A stretch of DNA of 64,000 nucleotides from Alteromonadaceae bacterium (lineage in GTDB: Bacteria > Pseudomonadota > Gammaproteobacteria > Enterobacterales > Alteromonadaceae), in contig JBFHGJ010000001.1 of the NCBI GenBank assembly GCA_041583135.1, positions 41,337 to 105,336 on the forward strand, given 5' to 3'. The position numbers and the translations under genes were made by a program. Position 1 is the stretch's first letter. Each line of letters opens with the position of its first letter. Shown in pieces: positions 18,808 to 26,250 of the stretch. Under the pieces are notes generated by a model, which did no database searches, was not told the DNA's origin, and was given only the letters and a program-made list of their open reading frames with translations.

Positions 18808-19719
18808 ATGGCTTTATATGTCAATACTAACGTATCGAGTTTGAACGCGCAGCGTCAGCTGATGAATTCAGGTAGTACCCTGGATACCGCCTTCAAACGC
18901 TTATCATCTGGTTTGAGAATCAACAGTGCTGCCGATGACGCGGCAGGCTTGCAGATCTCAGACCGTTTAACCAGCCAAATTCAAGGCTTGGAACAAGGTA
19001 ACCGTAACGCGAACGACGGTATCTCTTTGGCGCAAACCGCAGAGGGCGCGCTTGATGAGATGACCAACATGTTCCAACGTGTTAGAACCTTGGCTTCACA
19101 AGCGGCGAATGGCTCCAATACTGATTCCGACCGCGCGGCATTGCAACTTGAAATGCGCGAGCTTGGTGAGGAGATCAACCGTATCTCAAGCGACACCACT
19201 TTTGGTGGTACCAACTTGCTTGACGGTACCTACAATGCTGAGTTCCAAGTTGGTGCCGACTCAGGTCAGGTCATTAGTATGACCATGACTGCGGTAACCA
19301 GCTTTGATGGTTCAGCCGTGAGTGTCGGTTCATTCACCGTGAGTGATATTGCGACTTCTGCAAGTACCATTACCGGTGTAGGTGCTGGTGTTGCTACTGC
19401 GTTTTCTGCGGTAACTTCGCTTTCTTTCACCTCAACTGACAAAGCACAGTCAATCTTGGCCAACGTCGATGCGATGATTGGTGCGATTGATGCCAAACGT
19501 GCCGAGCTTGGTGCGGTTCAAAACCGATTCCAGTCTACTATTCGTAACCAGACCAACATCGCTGAGAACCTAAGTGCTGCACGTTCACGCATTAAAGATG
19601 CTGACTTTGCCACTGAAACCGCAGCTCTGACCAAAGCGCAGATCCTGCAACAAGCAAGTAGTACAATTTTGTCCCAGGCCAACCAACGGCCTCAATCGGC
19701 CTTGTCATTGTTAGGATAA
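18808..19719 (+). CDS. flagellin paralog 1 (303 aa)
   Basis: [19 protein letters not shown]-terminus, [13 protein letters not shown] motif, C-terminal [15 protein letters not shown] set the start at the ATG behind GGGAGA, trimming 5 codons from the ORF-track start. Confidence 0.95.
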   Translation: MALYVNTNVSSLNAQRQLMNSGSTLDTAFKRLSSGLRINSAADDAAGLQISDRLTSQIQGLEQGNRNANDGISLAQTAEGALDEMTNMFQRVRTLASQAANGSNTDSDRAALQLEMRELGEEINRISSDTTFGGTNLLDGTYNAEFQVGADSGQVISMTMTAVTSFDGSAVSVGSFTVSDIATSASTITGVGAGVATAFSAVTSLSFTSTDKAQSILANVDAMIGAIDAKRAELGAVQNRFQSTIRNQTNIAENLSAARSRIKDADFATETAALTKAQILQQASSTILSQANQRPQSALSLLG

Positions 19720-19813
19720 TAAGGTCTATTAAGTACGCTTGATTGACATGGGCATTTGGCCGTGAGAATAGCCGGGTAGAGTGTTATTTCACGTGCCGAT
19801 GTCCTGTTAAGCG

Positions 19814-19843
19814 GGCCCGGTTTATTCGGGTAAACCGGCCTTT
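19814..19843 (+). terminator. terminator after flagellin 1
   Basis: Stem CCGGTTTA/TAAACCGG extended by GC pairs, followed by TTT. Confidence 0.55.
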
Positions 19844-20032
19844 AAGTTAAACCAGAGCGAAATAAATAAGTTAAGCAAAGTAGGAATTTGAATAAAGCCA
19901 AGAAAAATAAGCGGTGGAAACCCACAAAAATTCAAAAAATTAAAAAAATGTAGATTTCAGTGTTTTCGCGCTCTAGCGTGAAGATCTTATCTATTATTTT
20001 AAGCTTTTTATCTTTCAAAGCGATTTTTTTGC

Positions 20033-20059
20033 TAAAGAAAAAATTCTATGGGTCGATAA
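20033..20059 (+). promoter_or_regulatory. sigma28 promoter of flagellin 2
   Basis: TAAAGAAA-N11-GTCGATAA, about 80 nt upstream of the ATG. Confidence 0.7.
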
Positions 20060-20140
20060 ATTAAGTAACCGGGCACGATACAACATTATAAAAAACGAGC
20101 CTGATAAAATACTTAAAGCATAGAGTTTTGGAGAAAGAAA

Positions 20141-21055
20141 ATGAGCTTATTTGTTAACACTAACGTATCTAGTCTGAACGCCCAACGTCAATTGATGAAC
20201 TCTGGTACTCAACTGGACACCGCGTTCAAACGTTTATCATCAGGTCTTCGTATCAACAGTGCAGCTGACGACGCCGCCGGTTTGCAAATCTCTGACCGTT
20301 TGACCTCACAAATCTTAGGCTTGGAACAAGGTAACCGTAACGCTAACGACGGTATCTCTTTAGCGCAAACTGCTGAGGGTGCCTTGGACGAAATGACCAA
20401 CATGTTCCAACGTATTCGTACCTTGTCAGCCCAAGCAGCCAACGGTTCAAACACCGATTCTGACCGCGCTGCCTTGCAATTGGAAATGCGTCAACTAGGT
20501 GCTGAAATCAACCGTATTTCAACCGATACGACTTTCGGTGGCACCAACTTGTTAGATGGTACTTATAATGCTGAATTCCAAATCGGTGCCGATGCCGGTC
20601 AAACCATCAGCATGACCATGACTGCTATCACCAGCTTCGACGGTTCTGCGGTAAGCGTGACTTCATTTGCAGTTAGTGACTTGGCAAGTGCGGCGAGTAC
20701 CGTAACAGGCGTAGGCACAGGTGTTGCGACTGCCTTCTCGGCAATCACTTCTTTGTCATTCACATCGACCGACAAAGCGCAATCTATCTTGGCCAACGTT
20801 GATGCGATGATAGGTGCCATTGATGCCAAACGTGCAGAATTAGGTGCGGTACAAAATCGATTCCAATCGACTATCCGTAATCAAACCAACATCGTCGAGA
20901 ACCTAAGCGCTGCCCGTTCACGCATTAAAGATGCCGACTTTGCCACTGAGACTGCCAACCTGACTCGTGCGCAAATTCTGCAACAGGCCAGCAGCACCAT
21001 TTTATCTCAGGCTAACCAACGTCCTCAGTCAGCATTGTCACTGTTGCAAGGTTAA
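20141..21055 (+). CDS. flagellin paralog 2 (304 aa)
   Basis: Flagellin N- and C-terminal domains, highly similar to paralogs 1 and 3. Confidence 0.95.
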   Translation: MSLFVNTNVSSLNAQRQLMNSGTQLDTAFKRLSSGLRINSAADDAAGLQISDRLTSQILGLEQGNRNANDGISLAQTAEGALDEMTNMFQRIRTLSAQAANGSNTDSDRAALQLEMRQLGAEINRISTDTTFGGTNLLDGTYNAEFQIGADAGQTISMTMTAITSFDGSAVSVTSFAVSDLASAASTVTGVGTGVATAFSAITSLSFTSTDKAQSILANVDAMIGAIDAKRAELGAVQNRFQSTIRNQTNIVENLSAARSRIKDADFATETANLTRAQILQQASSTILSQANQRPQSALSLLQG

Positions 21056-21071
21056 TCACTGAATTAAAGGT

Positions 21072-21110
21072 CGGGGCTAAGACGCCCCGGCAGCTAGTTT
21101 TTATCACTGA
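21072..21110 (+). terminator. possible terminator after flagellin 2
   Basis: Stem CGGGGC/GCCCCG with the T-run displaced about 8 nt downstream. Confidence 0.4.
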
Positions 21111-21282
21111 CCTAAGTCGTATTGAATAAAGCAAGACCAAACCGAGTGAATGTAAAGATGAACGATATGAGCAAATACAATCAAGCAAACACCAGCAAAA
21201 TGGGTTGTGAGCTGCTGATTGCCAGCACCAATGCTGATGTTTGCTCTGATGTTGCCGTTAATGGTTTGGTTGCTGATAACCG

Positions 21283-21341
21283 TCTTTCTCTTGAGCCTAT
21301 GCTCTTTGGCTGGGGAGTATTTTCCCCAGCCGCTTTTATCG
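21283..21341 (+). repeat. 59-nt direct repeat, copy 1 (contains a 9-bp hairpin followed by GCTTTTATC)
   Basis: TCTTTCTCTTGAGCCTATGCTCTTTGGCTGGGGAGTATTTTCCCCAGCCGCTTTTATCG, matching copy 2 at 55 of 59 positions. Confidence 0.85.
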
Positions 21342-21417
21342 CAAGCGCACACGCAAGACAGACTAAGATGGCAAGTTCATACCGCGCTCAGGTTAAACAC
21401 TCTATCCAATCGACCCC

Positions 21418-21476
21418 TCTTTCTCTTGAGCCGATGCTCTTTGGCTGGGGAATGTTATCCCCAGCCGCTTTTATCG
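21418..21476 (+). repeat. 59-nt direct repeat, copy 2
   Basis: TCTTTCTCTTGAGCCGATGCTCTTTGGCTGGGGAATGTTATCCCCAGCCGCTTTTATCG. Three of the four differences from copy 1 lie in the hairpin loop. Confidence 0.85.
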
Positions 21477-21646
21477 GCTGGCAAGCGAAGGCACAAGCGG
21501 TTGGGAAGGTACATTGAATTGGTTTGAGCCGCTGGGGTAACCCCCTAGGTGACTTAAACAACCCGTTTTGATTTAATTGCAGTTTAGGTTAAATCAAAAA
21601 GCCGGATTTTTCCGGTCTGCTCTACCCTTAATATCTATGCTTTTTT

Positions 21647-21670
21647 GGCCAGGCAAGTCCTGGCCGTTTT
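21647..21670. terminator. terminator-like hairpin in the flagellin 2/3 spacer
   Basis: GGCCAGG-caagt-CCTGGCC with T-runs on both sides. Confidence 0.5.
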
Positions 21671-21789
21671 ATGTATAGGGATATGACTAACGGCAGTTAT
21701 TGCCACCATAGTGCCTGCTACAAAGCTAGTCTCCTGATTTTTATCAAAAATCCTCCAATTACTTTTAGACTTCAAACTGAAAAAAAACC

Positions 21790-21816
21790 TAAAGTCACGG
21801 CAAAAGTTGCCGATAA
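21790..21816 (+). promoter_or_regulatory. distal sigma28 promoter, about 400 nt upstream of flagellin 3
   Basis: TAAAGTCA-N11-GCCGATAA preceded by A8. Confidence 0.7.
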
Positions 21817-22095
21817 CTATTTAACGGTGAGAGAGTGTCGCAAGCTGGCAACAATCGACCACCGCAATAAAAGAAATGTATGGCAATGATTGCCGCTAAA
21901 AACAAAAGGATTCGACTTTCAATCTGCTGACACAACGGGCCATATGACCGCTTCAACGCTGTTGAAATCAATGCCCAAACCGGTTGTGTTATTGCTTAGA
22001 AAAATACATTTTTTACACTGTGTTTATGACACGGTGGTATTGCCATGTTGCATCGTAAGGGTTTGAAAAATAATAAAAAATTTATCAAAAAAAAC

Positions 22096-22122
22096 TTAAG
22101 TTACGACATCGAATGCCGATAA
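22096..22122 (+). promoter_or_regulatory. proximal sigma28 promoter of flagellin 3
   Basis: TTAAGTTA-N11-GCCGATAA, about 100 nt upstream of the ATG. Confidence 0.7.
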
Positions 22123-22220
22123 CTTAAATAACAAAAGGGTGATAAACAAAATAACAAAAAGCACTTAAATAAGTGCAACTATCACTGCTTTAAACAATCA
22201 ATGTTTTAGGAGATAGAATC

Positions 22221-23132
22221 ATGGCCTTATATGTAAATACCAACGTATCGAGCTTAAATGCACAACGTCAATTAATGAATTCAGGCAACACCTTAGACAC
22301 CGCGTTTAAACGCTTGTCTTCAGGTTTGCGGATCAACAGCGCGGCAGATGATGCTGCCGGCCTACAAATCTCTGACCGTTTGACCAGCCAGATCCAAGGT
22401 CTTGAGCAAGGTAACCGAAACGCTAACGACGGTATCTCTTTAGCGCAAACCGCTGAAGGTTCAATGGACGAAATGACCAACATGTATCAACGTATTCGTA
22501 CCTTGGCCGCACAGGCTGCCAACGGTTCAAATACCGATTCAGACCGTGCAGCGTTGCAATTGGAAATGCGTCAGCTAGGCTCAGAGATCAACCGTATCTC
22601 TACCGACACCACATTTGGTGGTACTAACTTGCTAGATGGCTCCTTTAAAGCCGAGTTCCAAGTCGGTGCCGATGCCGGTCAGGTGATCAGTATGACGATG
22701 ACTGCGGTTACCAGTTTCGACGGCTCGGCGGTAAGTGTAACCTCTTTCGCGGTGAGTGATTTGGCCCAGGCTGCAAGTACAATTACCGGTGTAGGTACTG
22801 GTGTGGCAACGGCATTCTCAGCCATTACCAGCTTGTCGTTCACTTCAACCGATAAAGCCCAATCCGTATTGGCCAACGTTGATGCGATGATCGGTGCCAT
22901 TGATGCGAAACGAGCGGAGCTTGGTGCGGTACAAAACCGATTCCAATCAACCATTCGTAACCAGACCAATATTGCTGAGAACTTGAGCTCTGCACGTTCT
23001 CGAATCAAAGATGCAGATTTTGCGACTGAAACTGCGACTTTGACCAAAGCGCAAATCCTGCAACAGGCAAGCAGTACCATCCTGTCACAGGCTAATCAGC
23101 GTCCACAATCAGCCTTGTCATTGTTAGGCTAA
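22221..23132 (+). CDS. flagellin paralog 3 (303 aa)
   Basis: Flagellin N- and C-terminal domains. Confidence 0.95.
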   Translation: MALYVNTNVSSLNAQRQLMNSGNTLDTAFKRLSSGLRINSAADDAAGLQISDRLTSQIQGLEQGNRNANDGISLAQTAEGSMDEMTNMYQRIRTLAAQAANGSNTDSDRAALQLEMRQLGSEINRISTDTTFGGTNLLDGSFKAEFQVGADAGQVISMTMTAVTSFDGSAVSVTSFAVSDLAQAASTITGVGTGVATAFSAITSLSFTSTDKAQSVLANVDAMIGAIDAKRAELGAVQNRFQSTIRNQTNIAENLSSARSRIKDADFATETATLTKAQILQQASSTILSQANQRPQSALSLLG

Positions 23133-23205
23133 TTTGGAAACCCCCTTTAGGGTAAGGTCGTTAAGACTGACGGCCTTATCCGCTTCCTCCTGAGCATTGG
23201 CTCTC

Positions 23206-23231
23206 GGCCAGAGCAATCTGGCCACTTTTAT
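23206..23231 (+). terminator. terminator after flagellin 3
   Basis: GGCCAGA-gcaa-TCTGGCC followed by ACTTTTATT. Confidence 0.65.
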
Positions 23232-23490
23232 TCCTTTCCTCTTGCTAGGGACAGCAGGGGGGTTTTGGCCCCCTCACATACCTTTGGTCTTATCCTTATG
23301 TGCGTTCCCTTGTACAAACAGATAGGAAACAAAACGGCGGAACCACGATTTTTCTCCCAAAAAAACGTAAAGGTGGCATATGGATTGCTTGTTAATTTGC
23401 GGTTAAAAGAGGTTGTGGCGGGATTTTGGCACTTTTTAACCGGGTTTTGTCCTAGTTAAAATAAAAGCGAAAAAAAATCGCAAAAAAAGC

Positions 23491-23517
23491 TAAAGAAAAC
23501 CGCCAGACATCCGATAA
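23491..23517 (+). promoter_or_regulatory. distal sigma28 promoter with no gene downstream
   Basis: TAAAGAAA-N11-TCCGATAA preceded by an A-tract, about 1.07 kb upstream of flagellin 4. A strong terminator lies about 220 nt downstream. Confidence 0.65.
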
Positions 23518-23733
23518 CTTAAACATGCAGAGACAATAGGTTAAACGGATGAAAACCTATTGAAGATCAGCGAGATATAAAAGCCAAGCTCTGGAGAAAA
23601 GGTGATTTATATTAAGGTGAAAACTTCTGCTTTATCATTTCAATGCGTTGCCCGAACATCGTCTTGAAATGCTATATCAGACCTAACAACTAAAAGCCTC
23701 CTGTTGTAAAGTCTAATATAAATGCTCCACCAG

Positions 23734-23766
23734 AAAAGGCGATGGCTCCACACCATCGCCTTTTTT
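23734..23766 (+). terminator. rho-independent terminator
   Basis: AAAAGGCGATGG-ctccaca-CCATCGCCTTTTTT: an 8-bp GC-rich core flanked by an A-run and a T6 tract. Confidence 0.8.
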
Positions 23767-23773
23767 GCGTTTG

Positions 23774-24275
23774 CTCTACAACTCAACACCAAGCTTGAAT
23801 CGGGCTCATCTACAATTCATCACCAAACCCAAACAAACCTCCTCTACAACCCAACACTACACCCGAACAAACCATATCTCCGACCGATAGCGGTGCTCAC
23901 TTGCAGGTTTGTCATGTTGGCTCTACGTAGATGGGGTTGCGCAAATGGATTTGCATATCCTTGATGGGCAGGGATAGCCCATTGAGAGGGCAGACCCTCT
24001 CCTTGTAAGGTCAAGTGCTTTAACCAGACCCTTAGGACTGTTGTTAAGCTGACTAGTGTTAGCTTGACTTAGAGAAGTCAAGAAGATGGTCCGACCCCAC
24101 GTGTCTCCGGATTCTAGAGGCGATCTGAATAGGCCTCCTCTACAACCCAACACCAAGTTTGAACAAACCGCCTCTACCCACCTACGAAGAGCCTCAACAT
24201 CAAGCTTGAAACGAGCACCACTTCACCTCAACACCAAGCTTAATCAACCCACCTCCACCACCAAAAAAACCTTCT
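23774..24275 (+). repeat. degenerate ~34-nt C/A-rich repeat array, interrupted at 23886-24133
   Basis: Units begin CTCTACAAC (23774, 23842, 24138). The core CAACACCAAGCTTGAA or a near variant occurs at 23784, 24148, 24195 and 24229. The plus strand is very G-poor outside the interruption. Confidence 0.75.
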
Positions 24276-24397
24276 CCAAATGAGCATTTCCCCCAACTTT
24301 AGCCTTTTTTTTAAATTTTTTATTGTTTTTAATTTCATTTAATTCAATAGCTTAACTCTTTATTTGGTTTTTTTTGAAAAAAACTTAAAAAAAATCC

Positions 24398-24424
24398 TAA
24401 AGTAATTTAGGTCAAGGCCGATAG
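24398..24424 (+). promoter_or_regulatory. sigma28 promoter of flagellin 4
   Basis: TAAAGTAA-N11-GCCGATAG preceded by A8, about 165 nt upstream of the ATG. Confidence 0.7.
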
Positions 24425-24588
24425 CCTACATGTAGCGGTTTAACTTGTTTAAGGGTTAAGCACTTTAAAGCGCTAAAGGAAGGTAGACAAATTACCTGAG
24501 CATCTTGAGAACATTCGGGCGTTCTCAAAGCCATGTTCAGGAGTGGATAGTTTGTTGAACTTCCAATTGAAAACAACAGGAGGCTATT

Positions 24589-25500
24589 ATGTCATTATTT
24601 GTAAATACTAATGTGTCGTCTCTTAACGCACAGCGCCAATTGGTCAAATCAGGTTCTGAACTTGATACCGCGTTTAAGAGATTATCATCAGGTCTTCGCA
24701 TCAACAGTGCAGCAGATGACGCTGCCGGTATGCAGATCTCAAACCGCTTGACCGGTCAAATCCAAGGTCTTGAGCAAGGTATCCGAAATGCCAACGATGG
24801 TATTTCAGTTGCTCAAACTGCTGAGGGTGCATTGGATGAAATGACCACCATGTATCAACGTATCCGTACTTTGGCATCGCAAGCATCAAATGGTTCGAAC
24901 ACTGATTCTGACCGTGCGGCTTTGCAGTTGGAAATGCGTGAGTTGGGTGAAGAACTTAACCGTATCTCTACCGATACTTCTTTCGGTGGTACTAACTTGT
25001 TAGACGGTAGCTACAACGCTGAATTCCAAGTCGGCGCCAATGCTTCACAAACCATCAGCATGACCATGACTGCAATTACCAGCTTCGATGGTTCTGCCGT
25101 CAGTGTTACTTCATTCGCTGTTAGTGATATCGCCACTCAAGCCAGTACCATTACCGGCCAAGGCGCAGGTGTTGCGACTGCTTTTGCTGCTGTGACTTCA
25201 TTGTCATTTACCTCAACCGACAAAGCACAATCGGTTTTGGCTAACGTTGACGCCATGATTGGTGCCATTGATGCCAAACGTGCAGAGTTAGGTGCGGTAC
25301 AAAACCGTTTCCAATCGACTATTCGTAACGGAAGCAATATCGCCGAGAACTTGCAAGCTGCACGTTCACGTATTCAAGATGCTGACTTCGCCACTGAAAC
25401 CGCTCGTTTGACCAGAGCACAAATTTTGCAGCAAGCCAGTACATCTATCTTGTCGCAGGCAAACCAGAGGCCACAATCTGCTTTAGCCCTAATCGGGTAA
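24589..25500 (+). CDS. flagellin paralog 4 (303 aa, the most divergent of the four)
   Basis: Flagellin N- and C-terminal domains, with substitutions in otherwise invariant blocks ([24 protein letters not shown]). Confidence 0.95.
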   Translation: MSLFVNTNVSSLNAQRQLVKSGSELDTAFKRLSSGLRINSAADDAAGMQISNRLTGQIQGLEQGIRNANDGISVAQTAEGALDEMTTMYQRIRTLASQASNGSNTDSDRAALQLEMRELGEELNRISTDTSFGGTNLLDGSYNAEFQVGANASQTISMTMTAITSFDGSAVSVTSFAVSDIATQASTITGQGAGVATAFAAVTSLSFTSTDKAQSVLANVDAMIGAIDAKRAELGAVQNRFQSTIRNGSNIAENLQAARSRIQDADFATETARLTRAQILQQASTSILSQANQRPQSALALIG

Positions 25501-25626
25501 ACAATTGAGCCTAACCATGCTATTCTTGGATATGTAGTCGCCTGAAAGTAAAGGGTGACTGTGGATAGCTTATTTGCTGTCAGGCACTATATATCTGATT
25601 TTAGGGTCATGAATTGGAGGTGACTC

Positions 25627-26148
25627 ATGTCTGTCAATAGTTTGTCTTCTTCGGCTGTTGAGTTCTCGCCGCCTCAGGTGGCGCTAGACAATGCTAAGGG
25701 AGTGGCCCAGGCCAATACTCGCTCAGGTTCTGAAGAAAGTGCCAGAGCAGTTAGTGCCAGCGTTAACGGCCGAGCACATGCAGCAGAAAATGCTCAAGTT
25801 TTAAATTTTGACGCCGATAAACAAACACGAAGCGTCAACCAAGGAAACAGTGAACAGCTTGCACGACAAGCAAAAGAGAAGTTGCAGGAAAAACGCCAAC
25901 CCAGTCAAGATGAATTGACTCAAGCGTTGGAAGTGACCAATCAACTCTCGAGCTTGCAACAGCGCAAATTGCAGTTCACGTCGAGTCAGGAAGATGGGCG
26001 TACCATTATCAAAGTGGTCGATAGAGAAAATGATGAAGTGATTCGTCAAATTCCTTCAGAAGACTTTGTTAAATTGGCCAAACGTATTTCTGAATTGACG
26101 CAACAATTAGATTCGGCACAAGGTTTATTGTTCGAATCGAAGGTATAA
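25627..26148 (+). CDS. flaG: flagellar protein FlaG
   Basis: 173 aa, FlaG-type C-terminus (IIKVVDRENDEVIRQIPSEDFVKLAKRI), located between the flagellins and fliD. Confidence 0.85.
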   Translation: MSVNSLSSSAVEFSPPQVALDNAKGVAQANTRSGSEESARAVSASVNGRAHAAENAQVLNFDADKQTRSVNQGNSEQLARQAKEKLQEKRQPSQDELTQALEVTNQLSSLQQRKLQFTSSQEDGRTIIKVVDRENDEVIRQIPSEDFVKLAKRISELTQQLDSAQGLLFESKV

Positions 26149-26250
26149 CGTGCAGGTGAGCTTGAGTTGAGCTTTTGCCAAGGACTCAACGCCATGGAGA
26201 AGACTCAGGTTCACGTAGTAGCACATCAGTTTAGTTTGTAGAGGTTTGTT

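Noticed and set aside
19266-19496. Antisense ORFs of 66-133 aa recur at equivalent positions inside all four flagellin genes (19266-19496, 20599-20829, 22679-23080, 25137-25337), which looks like a conserved overlapping gene.
   Set aside because: They are mirror images of strongly conserved sense coding sequence, so their recurrence is expected. They have no ribosome-binding sites, and their Ala/Val/Thr-rich translations are typical of antisense reading of flagellin codons.
21122-21527. ORFs of 131 aa and 102 aa read through both 59-nt direct repeats in the flagellin 2/3 spacer.
   Set aside because: There is no Shine-Dalgarno sequence. The repeated peptide arises simply from the DNA repeat, two frames are open over the same stretch, and the repeats have hairpin and U-tract features that fit RNA elements better.
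23774-24275. The ~34-nt repeats could be a CRISPR array.
   Set aside because: The repeats are degenerate and directly abut each other with no unique spacers of regular length. There are no cas genes and no leader-like organisation.
23722-24283. Three ORFs (23722-23964 plus strand, 23923-24156 minus strand, 24086-24283 plus strand) lie in the flagellin 3/4 spacer.
   Set aside because: Their translations are low-complexity strings generated by the C/A-rich repeats. They have no ribosome-binding sites, and they overlap each other and the terminator.
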